From the NCBI RefSeq assembly GCF_964204645.1, contig NC_134027.1, positions 23,708,560 to 23,772,559 on the forward strand: a stretch of 64,000 nucleotides of DNA, in the 5' to 3' direction. The notes under the pieces are model-generated. The model was not told where the DNA came from and made no database searches. It saw nothing but the letters and a program-made list of their open reading frames with translations. This document shows, piece after piece, positions 38,701 through 50,950 of this stretch. Origin of the DNA: Tubulanus polymorphus. Taxonomy: Eukaryota; Animalia; Nemertea. How positions within the stretch are numbered: position 1 is the stretch's first letter; every line of letters starts with the position of its first letter. The position numbers and the translations under genes were made by a program.

Positions 38701-41700
38701 TTACCGTATTTTCCGGCCAATAAGCCGATTTTCTAGCCTCAGATTTCTACCCAAAATATCGTGATCGGCTTATTGGGCGGATACGATCTGACATAAAAAA
38801 TCACTTCCTGATCTATGCCACTCTAATGCTCTCAATGATCGTCAAAATCAAGAAAAGTGGTCGATATTTATTTGAGGTCATTATTTACTACCAATTATAA
38901 TCTATTTTGAACTATTTTATTTTTACTTTGATTGTTCCATCACCGCACAGCGGCAATGGTATACATTTATATAACGCGCGAGTTCATCGTACTACCACGT
39001 GTCAGTTCATACATTAGTATATATGCAAATCAGCAGTGAGCCGCGTACTGCGTGTATGGCTGTGTGTATAGTAATCAGCTGAGTGAGTCTATATATAGCA
39101 CAGTCACTCAGCGATGATAGTATACACAGCACTCTCACACATCGGCGGGCGCTACTGTCAGCCTCTTAAATCGTCAATTAAGACGAACTAATTGACAAAT
39201 CAGTGAATTAAAATCTCTGATGAAGGGCATCGGCTTATTGGGCGAAGCTTTATGAAATCCATGTATTTTAGGCTAAAAAACTGCCCTCGGCTTATTGGCC
39301 GAGTCGGCTTATTGGCTGGAAAATACGGTATATGACTTTCGCTACTAATGTATAGAAGCTTCATTGGTGGAAGCTTCATCGTGCGTCAAATAAATAGTTA
39401 ACCTTAATAGTACTACTTGTCTCGTTACATTTATTCTAATTCGGCAAGCTCTTAACTCGCAACCGTGGAATGGGGGTCCAGAGCACAGAGTATTGTAGCT
39501 CAGATGCGCATTCAACCCACCCTCCATCATTGTAAATGAAACGAAAATCGTCGACATTCGAAGCACTACTGACCTTGTTGCTGAGATTGCGTAATTGCGC
39601 CGGCGATTTCGAGCGCATCAATTTCCTGACGATGCTGTGTACGAGAGCTGGGTCGCACGTTACTATCAACTGACGACTCAATTCGCCGTCCGTCGACGCG
39701 TCTTCACCTGATTAAAAAAGACAAACGCAACGAAAAAACCTTAAAATCCTTTCAGTGCGGTGTATAAAACTCGGTGACTTTGCTCATAATACACTGCACC
39801 ACAATATATCCTTGTAATTATCATCAGTTATAATTGCTGAGAGATGTCAAACATCGTCAAACATTAATTATCAACGATACTTCGCACTGCGGAGTAGATG
39901 CACTATAGCAGTATACAACCTACTGGGTTGAAATTTTTCAAAATTTCAAAATCAACGTTACACCACTTTAGTGTAAAGGGGCCTGATGAGGTGGGCCACC
40001 AAAATTGTGTCCTTTTGGCCGTCCCCCGAAATTCATCCAAACTTACTTGGATTTGAAGTGAGCGCTCAGATCTGTCATGTGCATACTCGAAAATACTCGA
40101 GAAATCGAAATAGGAGGATGTCGATTTCTGTTCGGTATTTCGAGGACTTTCACAATCCCACTATAACCGTTCTTGTGCAGCATACAAAGAAGTGCCAGGG
40201 TGGATTCTGATGGCTTGAGGAGTAATAGGCAGGGCGGATTCGGCTGGATTGAGGAGTAATAGGCAGGGCGGATACGGGTGGATTGAGGAGTAATAGGCAG
40301 GGCGGATACGGGTGGCTTGAGGGCTAAAGGGTTAAACTTACAGAATGAAAACTCGTCGTCAAATGTGTCCTCCCTGAATTCATTATAATCTTCGAGTATG
40401 AAAGCGATATCCCTGAGTTCATCATCCGCGTAATATGACTGTATCGTACTGTCTAATAGTAATCCTATAAAACCATTCTCAACCGGGATCGAATCACACA
40501 AATATCTGCACAAAAATAGAATATTTCATCTCATTAGGTCAGTAAAACCAAGATTAGTTACATAAAGTTCTTAATGACTTCAACGACTCGGTAAAATTAT
40601 GATTAATCACTAAAACTGACCACTTTCTCAACCACAGTGGCTTCAACGATTCAGTTAAATCATGATTAGTTACTAATGACAACCTTTCTCATTGGTAATG
40701 ACTTTGATTCAGTAGAATTGCAATTAGGTTACTAATACAACAAACTACTTGTCGTCAATGACTTCAAAAGATTCGGCAAATTTACGAAGATGAGTTCTAG
40801 CATTTTCATTATATCTAGGTTATTTCTAGCTGAAACAATATCCCGAAATTACCTGAGAAAACATTTGAGATTCATTTTCTGATTCAGCGAGCAATTGCGC
40901 AACACGTCTTCGCAAGCCTAGAAATTATCGCAGAAATCATGAAAAAACAACTCATCAAACCAAACACGACGGAATGGATTACTTTTCATGCCCGTCCTCC
41001 CCGACCCGCGGTACAATTCTTTTGGAGAAAAAATGAAACCCTGCGCTCATATTGCGCTGGATCCAGATACACAGATACGAGTTAAGATTCGACTCAATGA
41101 GTTGAACTCATTGAAAATAAACTAATTTCAACTCATAGTTAACTCTAACGCACAACTGTAAAAAGAGTTGTAGAAAAGCTGCGTTAACCTGGATGGACCC
41201 AGTTCCACAGTTGTGAGTTAGAGTTAACTCTGAGTTAAAATTAGTTCATTTTGAATGAGTTATCTCCGAGTTAAATCTTAACTCAGAACTGTGGAACTGG
41301 ACCCTGGTATTAAACGTTAAGCGCTACTACTGCACTGCGTGATTTTATTTCGAAATCACGAGCTTTCGCCATCAGCGCACAGCGTCACCGGGTAAACGAA
41401 TCCAGAGTCCGACGAAGCTACTACGCAATTGTCAGTGGTGTTGGAACCGTAGCGACGAAAGCTGCGATAATAATTTACGGAATGAAGTATTTTTCCTTTG
41501 AATACCATGTTTTTCACAAAATTGAACTAAACATATTAGACCCTGACAAAGATTGCTACCAACCCACCCAATACAGTGTAGCAGCAAACTGGTTTGGTTT
41601 CACTTTAAAAAAAATTTCAAACCTTTATGAGAAACTGTAAATTGGAAGCCGGTTGGTCGATCAGTTCTCCGGTGTAGTGTGATATCACTGCTCTTCCTTC

Positions 41701-44700
41701 CATCACGCTGCGCACTATATTACACGTAGACACCTTGAATAACATTTTACCATCGACCCTGAAAAAGCCACGCATAAAAAACTTCCGAGATCATTTCTTA
41801 AAAACTTGCCCTTTGTTTTTAATCAGAGTCGAGCGATGTGGGCGAGTGCGCTGGTTTAGAGCAGTGTATTCAATAAGAAATTAACAAGTCAGGTCCATTT
41901 GAAAAAACAGGAGGGTCCAATAATATGTCACAGTCCCTGAAACGAAAGCTGGTTTGAAGTAACAGGCAGGTCCTTTACAAATGAGAGACGGGTCTGGGAC
42001 CTGGGACCTGGCTCTAATCGAAAACACTGTAGAGAGCTCGTCTCCGGGAAGCCAGGTCATGGCTTCGAACCTCGTGCATATAGCCATTGTGTCCACTGGC
42101 AAGAGTAGACCCTTGTTGCCTTTCACCCAAGAGAGTAAATGGATACCTGACCCGAATGCTTAGTAGAGTTGCTCAGATGTTAATTCCTCCAGGGAGAGAT
42201 GACGGATACATAATAAGAGTTTAACAGGGTCCCTATACAGATCGGTCATTTCTGGATATAAGGAGCTTTTAAGGAGGATAAAATTTCAAATTTTGAGAAA
42301 GCGTCCCAATTACAGTGGACTCCTACCAAATCGATACGGTTTATCTCGGTAAACCATTAATTTGGTGGTTTTGTAAGCAAATCCTTATCTTTTACACCAC
42401 TAAACTCAGTTTCTAATTTGGTAACTGCTTAATTGGGTGAAGAAAATCACCCAATAGTAGTTTGTAGTTTATCGTACAACTACAAACATTTCTAAATGCA
42501 TATTTCTCAAAATTGAAGGAGTTTCATAAGAGCTTCAAGCATTCTGCCCAAATTAAGAGCTTCAAGCACCTTCGAAAACATTCTCTGTTTAGAAGGGGAT
42601 TTTATGGAATCAAGGAGTCATAGGGACCCTGGTTAAGAGATATAGGCTGTGGATAATCAAGCGCATATTGCCGGGATAAACCTACCCGGGATGGCGGTAT
42701 ATCTCGTCCTGTAACGAATTCCGGTAGATCAACGATAATTCCAGTTTGACGTTGTCTTCCAACAGTATTTCGACGATGCCCCGGAAATCGCCGCGTTTCG
42801 ACGCTTCGGCCCGTTCGTATAAACCGACGTTGACTGGTTCCGCTTCGACGATCGGTTTCAGGCTGTTACACGCGACCGTATATCCGTGCAGACGCTTTTT
42901 GTCCACGCGACAAAACTGCGGATCTTTCAACTGTAGAGAAACATTCAGAGATTACGGGTCTTGAAACTGAGCAACTGGATCCAGAGACAAATTAAACCGA
43001 TGCAGCTGTGGAACTGTTTGTATATGTTTACGAAAGACACAAAAAATAAAACTTGTTGTTATCTACCTTTTCCAGTAAATCTTTTGTCTTTGTGAACATG
43101 GACAATGCTTTCTCGATTTCCGACACGTAGAAATAGTAACTGCCCAATTCAAAACAGACCTGCGAAAAGACAAAAGCAAGATGACGAAAAACTAATCGCT
43201 TGGCATTTCAACTCAATTCTACAAATAATTCTCAAAACTGCTTCAAAATCTAATGAATTTTACAGTCACTGGTCCCAAAATGGAAACTAAACGTATATGT
43301 TCCTGAAAAACAAACGCTTAATTAGCCAATTATATAGGCCTATATATACTGAATTTGCATATAATAAAAATTAAGTAGAGATGCAGTGTAAAAACTACTG
43401 AAAATAATGCATTATAACCATTGGTTATTTTGAAGATAATTATACAGGCTTTCTATTGCTGAATATAGATTTGGTCAATCAAAAATTTTGACCGAGCCCT
43501 CAAAGGTCAAGGCCTACAGATGGCGGTATAGTACGGCGGACATTCTGCGGATATACAAGACAAACGACAACGGAAGTTCTGCGGTCTAACGGGTTAACCC
43601 CCTACGGAGCGAAATCACCTGACCGCGACGACGAGAAAATCTGCAGCGCGCGACGTGTACTATACAGGGATGAAAAATAGCCCATATTGAAAAAGTCCGA
43701 AAATATTTTCAAAAAAAAGAATTCTTTTGGGGAACAAAAATCAGTAACTTTTAGCCAAAAAACTTACTTCCTTTTGGTCAAAATGTTAATAGTTTGGGCC
43801 TGAATTAGAGCCGCTTTTTGAATGAGACGCCATATTGGTTTCTCCAACTCCACAGTTGTGCTAACAACTGCCAAAAACCGTCTTAAGGAGCACTCCTAAC
43901 TACAGACCGCTCCGATGTGACACCCGCGATCGAGGTGATTAAAGCGATTGAGGTGATTTACACTGTTCTCAGGAATAAAGAAAATGTTAGAAAAGGTCGG
44001 AAATCCGTCTATGGTCGGATGATTTTCATCCCTGACTATACCTGACACAACGCTTCGTCTCTGGAGATGACGACTCCTTTATCCCAACTGTGCACCGGTT
44101 CGTCGGTGTTCTCGTCTAGGAACCCGATACACTCGGCGGTCGGCATCAGTAGATCTTTACCCAAACATTCGTCGCCGACGTATTTCTCTAAGATGTACAT
44201 GCTGTATACGGCTTGCGGTGACAAATCCATCTGGAAATCGATTTGACAAGAATAAGAGTTCTACGGTGCCCTAAACCCAGCAGATCTAGGAAATTCAATC
44301 TGCTTCAGATGCATATTTTGTATCAAGTTTTGAATTTACCATTTGATTTGGAGTTTTCTTCATTGACTTCGGAAAGCTGTTATGTACATCCATTTTCAAA
44401 TTCCTATAATTGGATAGATCGTGGGGTTTATTGGGTTAACCATTTTTGTATCCAGTTCCAAAGTTTTGTGCGCTTAATTTGACCTTCGATACAGTTCCAC
44501 AGTTGTGTAGGTTTAATTTGACTCTAGATCCAGTTCCACAGTTGTGTGGGCTTGACTCTGATTCCAGTTCCACAGTTGAGTGAGTTTATTCTGACTCAAA
44601 GCCCAGTTCCACAGTTGTGTAGGTTTAATTTTACTCTGGATCCAGTTCCACAGTTGTGTGTGTTTAATTCGACTCCGGATCCAGTTCAACAGTTGCGCGG

Positions 44701-46983
44701 GTTTTATTTGACTCTGGATCCAGTTCGACAGTTGAGTGGGTTCAATTCGACTCTGGATCCAGTTCAACAGTTGCGCGGGTTTTATTTGACACTGGATCCA
44801 GTTCGACAGTTGAGTGGGTTCAATTTGACTCTGGATCCAGTTCCTCCACAGTTGTGTGGGCTTGACTCTGATTCCAGTTCCACAGTTGAGTGAGTTTAAT
44901 CTGACTCAAAGCCCAGTTCCACAGTTGTGTAGGTTTAATTTTACTCTGGATCCAGTTCCACAGTTGTGTGTGTTTAATTCGACTCCAGATCCAGTTCAAC
45001 AGTTGCGCGGGTTTTATTTGACTCTGGATCCAGTTCGACAGTTGAGTGGGTTCAATTTGACTCTGGATCCAGTTAAAATAATCTAACAAATGTATATTCA
45101 AACACCATTACTTAGTTATTAAGTATTTCTTACCAGCAGTTTAACAGAATCAGAGCGAAAAGCAAATGACTGGACATGGATTTATTGAGCTCCGTCGACC
45201 GCAGCACGTCTTCGCGTACAGTTGACATGTTAACGATCAACACTCCCAGAATGCAGTACGTCATCGCCTGCGGGCAGATTCCGTTCAACGCCTGAAGATC
45301 CCATTTCATGTGGGCGACCGTTCGCAACGCTAACAGTTGAAGAGCTTTGATCTTTTTCGAGCCGGCGACTTTCTTTTCGGGCGCTTCGAATTCGCCTGAA
45401 AATTTCAAATCGTAACGAAGGGTAAAATTTGCGAATGTTTCCTTCGATGAAGCGATATTTTCAGCTTCGGGCCAACTTGAAAGTGGATCCAGAACTGTAC
45501 CGAACCAAACGTTCAATTCCGACGACGCACGTACCGGTTGGCGGCCCCGTCACTGGCTGACTCGTCGGCTCCGGTTTCGGCGCTAAATACTTCGACATCT
45601 CCTCGAAGTGATTATTCCACGCCTCGTCGGTCCTCGCCTCCTCCTTAATCGATGCTTGCGTCATGAACTGGTAAACCAACTCGACCGCGCTCGGATCTGT
45701 GCGAGAAATAAAATACTAAATTTCATGATATAAACAATACAAACTTAACCCTTTCAGTGCTGACTAATTAATACCCTATAGTGCTGGAGATAATTCCAAA
45801 ATCTTTTAAAATTCCACCCACGTATGTTGAATAACGGGAATACCACTACAGTACGTCTACACCGCTGCGCGGTGTATCGTTAGTTACCAATATTTCACAA
45901 TGTTTAACAGGTGCTGCCATCTTTCTATAGAGATAAAAACTAATAACTAATTCCACCAATACACCGTATTGCGGTGTACTAGCAAAATCCATCACTGATT
46001 TATACTACTGAAAGGGTTAAGAAATGCTTCAACAATGATAACTTGATCTTGATAGGAGTACTGGTTTCCCACTGTCTCCACTTGCTGAAGGTTCTTAAAA
46101 GGTTTTTTTTTAGGTAGTTGATATTTTGCCAATGCGGCGGCATTATTTCAGAAAACGCTTTTTTACCAATGGCTATATATAATAAGATACAGGCGCCTAC
46201 TAATAAAATATAAGAATAAAATCATTAGGCCTATATTAGGTTAAGGGTTTCGATAGGTTTAGGGTCTGGAGGGTCTAGGGCCCAGTTCCACAAAATGGAT
46301 TAAGGCCTAAATCGATATAAGATAAACTGAATTGATGAAGCCCTCTATGCCCCTATTTTCTGTAAATCTGTTCTCCACACTTTCCTTGAATTTTTTAAGT
46401 TGCGCACCTCAGTGCGCATGCACGGGGTCAATTAGCCAATCAGAACGAACTATTGGCAAAAAACAGGGGTAAAAGTGCAGATCCGCACCTCTCGTGATTG
46501 ACACAATCTGCTGAATGACAGAATCCAGGCTAAAATCTTTCTATTCTCTCTAGTGAAGATATCTTAAAATTAACCAATGGCAATGTACTGAATTGCTGAT
46601 GACATTTTGAATCTGAAACAATGGTATTTAATGTAATTGATTGCACTGTTTACACGGAGAGGAGCGGATTTGCACTTTTACCAAAAACAGGAATATCCAC
46701 CACTGCAAAATATCCACCACTGCCTTTATTTTAGCACCGCTTCTTATTGTGTGACAGAAAACTTTGAATGATGAAATAACCCGCGACAATCCTGACTTTT
46801 GAGGTGACGGTAAACTGAAATCCTTCTTACTCCAATAGCCTGGGCCCTCTGCCTACCTGGGTCGCCGGATGATGTCAAGTGTTTTTCGAGCAGTGATGGA
46901 TCGAGAAGAAAGTCCAACCATGTTCTCTTAGTCGGGGTTAAACTTCTGCTGGGTCTATTCAATAAATAATCAACTGTTGCCAT
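29753..46983 (-). CDS. INTS8: Integrator complex subunit 8 (~986 aa, 23 coding exons)
   Basis: Exons spliced in frame with GT-AG borders: 46857-46983, 45535-45696, 45134-45395, 44340-44403, 44042-44230, 43067-43159, 42686-42930, 41623-41758, 40853-40917, 40342-40505, 39574-39707, 38154-38261, 37101-37308, 36324-36433, 35884-35968, 35172-35284, 34263-34322, 34103-34164, 33286-33404, 32120-32274, 30932-31070, 30201-30244, 29753-29869 (2961 nt). Motifs WLDFLLDPSLLEKHL (WFEF-like), LLALRTVAHMKWDL, VAVLCQFLDDVDYTTAFKSLQE, DAMDTYYDCIWD and KFLRAMAKQYL* match INTS8. Confidence 0.95.
30245..30931 (-). other. U12-type (minor spliceosome) GT-AG intron in INTS8
   Basis: 5' splice site C|GTATCCTTT; branch-like TTTTTTAAC about 14 nt before AG with no polypyrimidine tract; the reading frame joins correctly (EFLI-HLHNKRGE). 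Confidence 0.85.
32570..33146 (+). repeat. 33-bp minisatellite (~17 copies) in an INTS8 intron
   Basis: CTCAGACAATCTGCTGTCTGTACCCTGAACCCC units; these generate the LRQSAVCTLNP pseudo-ORFs. Confidence 0.97.
33850..34015 (+). repeat. 34-bp minisatellite
   Basis: GGATTGAGGAGTAATAGGCAGGGTGGATACAGGT x4-5; a related array lies at 40200-40325. Confidence 0.9.
35390..35830 (+). repeat. ~91-bp tandem repeat (~5 copies)
   Basis: TGGTAAAATTCTACCCCGAGTTGGTGTTAAATACTGAG...AAATACAGCAGCCTCTGTG recurs at ~91-bp period. Confidence 0.88.
36660..37000 (-). repeat. Degenerate ~40-bp satellite array
   Basis: Repeated cacaactgtggaa(a/c)tggat units. Confidence 0.75.
37406..37685 (-). mobile_element. piggyBac-type MITE, full length
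   Basis: TTAA|CCCTTACAGTGC ... GCACTGAAAGGG|TTAA, reverse orientation relative to the 27935 copy. Confidence 0.88.
38704..39328. mobile_element. Non-autonomous Tc1/mariner-superfamily element (625 bp)
   Basis: TA|CCGTATTTTCCGGCCAATAAGCCG ... CGGCTTATTGGCTGGAAAATACGG|TA, with subterminal CGGCTTATTGG repeats. Confidence 0.85.
40200..40325 (+). repeat. 34-bp minisatellite (same family as 33850-34015)
   Basis: GAGGAGTAATAGGCAGGGCGGAT x3. Confidence 0.85.
41195..41304. mobile_element. ~110-bp palindromic MITE
   Basis: GGACCCAGTTCCACAGTT ... AACTGTGGAACTGGACCC; related copy at ~19883-19965. Confidence 0.7.
41862..42029. mobile_element. hAT-like MITE with 5-bp TSD
   Basis: CAGTGTATTCAATAAGA ... 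TCTAATCGAAAACACTG flanked by TAGAG/TAGAG; partial copy at ~10125-10278. Confidence 0.8.
42225..42631. mobile_element. hAT-like MITE (CAGGGTCCCTA termini)
   Basis: TIRs CAGGGTCCCTAT / ATAGGGACCCTG; flanks TTTAA/GTTAA. Confidence 0.75.
44450..45075 (+). repeat. ~40-bp satellite array in INTS8 intron 3
   Basis: About 16 units of gatccagttc(c/a/g)acagttg, with higher-order duplication of blocks. Confidence 0.95.
45745..46020 (-). mobile_element. piggyBac-type MITE
   Basis: TTAA|CCCTTTCAGT ... ACTGAAAGGG|TTAA. Confidence 0.85.
46468..46682. mobile_element. Mutator-like (MULE) MITE
   Basis: TIRs GGTAAAAGTGCAGATCCGC / GCGGATTTGCACTTTTACC; perfect 9-bp TSD AAAAACAGG. Confidence 0.85.
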
Positions 46984-47565
46984 GATATTCCAATTCAATT
47001 CCAAGGGCTTTAATTCAAATTTTTAAAAGCATTTTAGGCCATGTATACGATATATATAGCCGGGGCCCAAATATTCGGTTATTCAGTAGTGCCGGGGTTA
47101 TTATTAGTTCCAGGACGAATAAGTTGCCTTATAATTCAATTCAATTCAATAAACTTTATTGTTCCTTATTATTACAAATTCATGGCGGATATACGTATTA
47201 CAATAAAGTAGATACAGACATACATGCAATGATTCACATTTCAAAATGGTGGGATAAGATAAACTATAACAAAATAAAATACAAAATACAAACGGTTCAG
47301 GTGGTATAAATTCAATTCAATTCAATAGTCTCTTTATTGTACTAAATACACCATTGCGGGTCGAAATGTACAGAGTGATATTTACAAATAGTATTTACAA
47401 ACTATAAACATTTCATATTAAGATAACAATAAGAAAAACAACAGCAGTTTCTTGTTAGCTACTAGAGTCGATTTCTAAAGCCTATTAGAGATGCATTCCA
47501 AGTCTTTTCAGAGGCCGGGTCTTGGTCGCCCATTTGGATCTGGCTCATTGCTCTGTTTAAGCATG

Positions 47566-47976
47566 AGGCGCTTTTACGGAATTGAATCTGATTCGGTTTA
47601 GCTAAATCCGATTCGATGTTGGAAAACGAAAGGATTAGTAAATCGAATCGTTTTTCGTAAATGAGTCGAATCAATTTATCAATTTAAAGGTCGCGATTCG
47701 AAAGAAAATTAATGGGCGTCAATGGTGACCGAATTATTGATAGATGATGGTCTGGGATAGATGTCTTTAGCCCGCGGTCGGAGAGGAAGCCATTTTGGAT
47801 TTCACTGACTAAATCGCCACTAACTTGCTCGCCGAGCAAGTTCGTCGATTTAATAAATTAATTTACTAAACCGCGTCCATAAACGAGTTGATTTACCAAA
47901 TCGGATTCACTAAACCGCGTGCCGTAAACGCGAAACTTAAATCGATTTACAAAGATTCAGTTTCGTAAAAGCGCCT
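47566..47976. mobile_element. MITE with AGGCGCTTTTACG termini
   Basis: AGGCGCTTTTACGGAATTGAATC ... GATTCAGTTTCGTAAAAGCGCCT inverted termini; internal palindrome AACTTGCTCG.CGAGCAAGTT. Confidence 0.75.
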
Positions 47977-50950
47977 TTGGATTTAGTCCATGGTTGAAGT
48001 CATCATATTTCATTTAGACGTGAGCACTATTATGAAATGAAACTCATTTTCAATGGCAATCTCTAAGTCTCGGCGAATGTATATCTTGTCCTCCTTTCTA
48101 TGAGACGATGATTACTTATCCAAAATTTACACGACCTACACCTCGTGCGATTTCACGGTCAGCGATGACGTCATTGTTAGCTCACAAATTAACTGAAATT
48201 AAATAATAGGGACCGGGGCTAGTTTTTAAGGGGAAAAGCCGATTAACGTTGCCGGTTAGAGGTTTAGGTTTAGGTTTAGGGTTAGTTTAGCCAACCTTAC
48301 CATTCAATGAAATGAAATAATTAAAATTTTAGTTGATGGATTAATCTTGGGTAACACATTTTCTGAGACTCCCTGTAGGCGCCTATTGTAATTCTATTGT
48401 CATTCATTTTATTAGAATGTATTTATAATCATTCAGTGCATAAACTTTCTTTGTGAAGAATTAATGAATCAATCAATTAATCGATCATTTCTACCAACAG
48501 CTTTCGACTTAGAGAAATGAAGTGTTTCTATTCAATAGAATTATCAATCATGAATATTGGATCCGATGCGGGCATATATGACTGGTGGATGGATCAAATC
48601 AACAATTTTCGCGACTAAGTTCAAAAGTTATTGATTCTACGGATGCATGTGAAATATGGCGGTATGAAAAGCTGAAGTCTTGCAGATTTGCATATCTAAA
48701 CCAATGAGTGATAAACGTTGGGATCTGGACCCCTGAATTCAGTCAGGTCCCACATGGTGTGACTTTTATACGCTAAGGGGGTTCGATTCGAAAACCATTT
48801 TGCGCTCATCTTCTTCAGAGGTTTCTTTTCAAAATCAGTGCAACTGATGGCCTTCTAGGATTTCTAAGTCTGCGCATAATTCAAGGAATGTTCTTTCTGT
48901 ATACCACCCATCAAAATATCTAATACAAACTATGTATATAACCAGTACCGTTTGTAGGCCTACAGTACAAACACGATACGAACAAACTGGCTGGGCAAAG
49001 CTCATAAATACGCATCTACCGATTAGGGAGTGCCCGACGAAGAATATCAAATTGAATAGAGACAAAATTTGGAAAGCTGATGGGAATACGAACCAGTAGC
49101 ATTTTCATATATTTGAAAACGTTTATAAGATAATTTCATTGTATCCACATAGGCTAAATCATTTCTAAGTTGTGAAAATCACGTTCTGTTGTTAATGTGT
49201 GATGAGAAGCTTTTGTTTCTTTTGTTTTTTTTTCTGGAAGAATATATCATCAGATAAAAACCCACCATCTACAGATTAAAAGAATTTTAAAAACAAGAAT
49301 TTATTTATTCAATCTAAAATATATAGAATACACGACGTTCTTTTAATCTGTAGATAGTGGGTTTTTATCTTATTATCCGTTCACCACGTTTGAGTGTAGT
49401 TATCGTTCTAATGTATCATCATTTCTTCTGAAATAGTTTTTGTTGTTTTTAATGATGATACAGCCAAGTTAAAGGTGTAGTTTGGGGTCATATAGGTGAT
49501 GTTATTTATAGAAATAAAGATGGGTAGATCGACATACTTTTTTCTAGCATATAGCTCATACAATTTAGTGCACATCATACCATTCCAAAAACTAGACGCT
49601 CTCACCAATGAGATTCATAAAAGATATTTTTATTCTGGTGAAGTTCATTTTTCATGGTTTAACCTGTGCGTGGTAACAGAGTAGCCATGTCACACATTTT
49701 CGTTTCCACGAAAAACCTTTCGTTCCCACGAAAAGATTATTTTGTTTCCATGGAATATGTTTCGTTCCCACGAAACAATTTTTTTGCGAAGAACTGTTTG
49801 TTCCGAAGAAACACTTTTCGTGAGAACGAAAATCTTTTCGTGCCATCAAAGATTAACTTTTCGTTCGAACGAAAAAAATTTCGTTCGAACGAAACTACGT
49901 TCCCATTAAAAACAGTTCGTTTGAAAGAAACGATCTTGTCCCCACGGAATAAAATGTAATCTTCGGGGCTCCGTACCTTCGAAATATTGGTGTGTGTAAA
50001 AAGAATTCCATATTGAAAAATAAACCGCATTTAAAATGTTCGAAAGATGTACCTCGTGAACAAGGATAATTCTCCATTGAAATGTTTTCCTGTGTCTGAA
50101 ATATCTTAGCTGTAAAAATATTTTCGAGTTTCCCCATTTATTTTGCAATGTTTTTACCGTACATGTACTGTATGTAGCGCGCATGTTCATTGACTGGGAC
50201 ATCAACTAAAAGATATCTTCGTTTTTGGATCCTACAACTACGGAAGAATGGTGGTTTTTACTTATAGATCTAGGGCCTGGCTATTAAACTAGACCTTAAC
50301 CAAACATATCTATTTCTACTTGGACATAATGATGGAAGTCTGAGAAAGAATCAAGCTCAACCTCATCTTTGACCGGAATTTCTGGGCCGTATATTGTGTT
50401 CTCATGCACGACTTTTTTACATGAACATTTCCTGACAGCGCCATCATCCAACCATCCCGGTAACGTAAGGTCACATGGTTCGTCACTACGTACATTTTAG
50501 GATACGCACAAAACAAATTTATTTCTTTAAAAGACGAAATTATTTATTTGTAACGAAATATTTTATGGCTCTTATCAGCCACCATAGAAATGACGAAATG
50601 ACCACTTATAATTTCAGTAGATTCCGAGAGTCACTGAGCACACTCAACATCACCGAGTGTACTTAATCATACAGTTCCACATCGAAATGTCAAATGAAAT
50701 TTGTTAACTTTAGTTATAAGAACAATCATCTGCACGGTGAAATTGACCGATGCTATTGTGCACGAATTTACTGCTGGTGACAGGTATCACCAAGTAGGTG
50801 GTGAACAAAGCGTCAAGAATATTTGAAGTATGCAACAGCCGATTTTCAGCGATTCTGATGTGTATTTAAGGTGATGGAATTCGTCGCATTTTGTGAACGA
50901 TTTTCGCTTCGAAAACAGACAGTCACACTCAACGCTAAAAACTGACAACG

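Noticed and set aside
48255-48290. TTTAGG/TTAGGG runs (also ~24400, ~26250, ~46240) as telomeric sequence
   Set aside because: Short, degenerate and embedded in dispersed repeats; not a telomere array.
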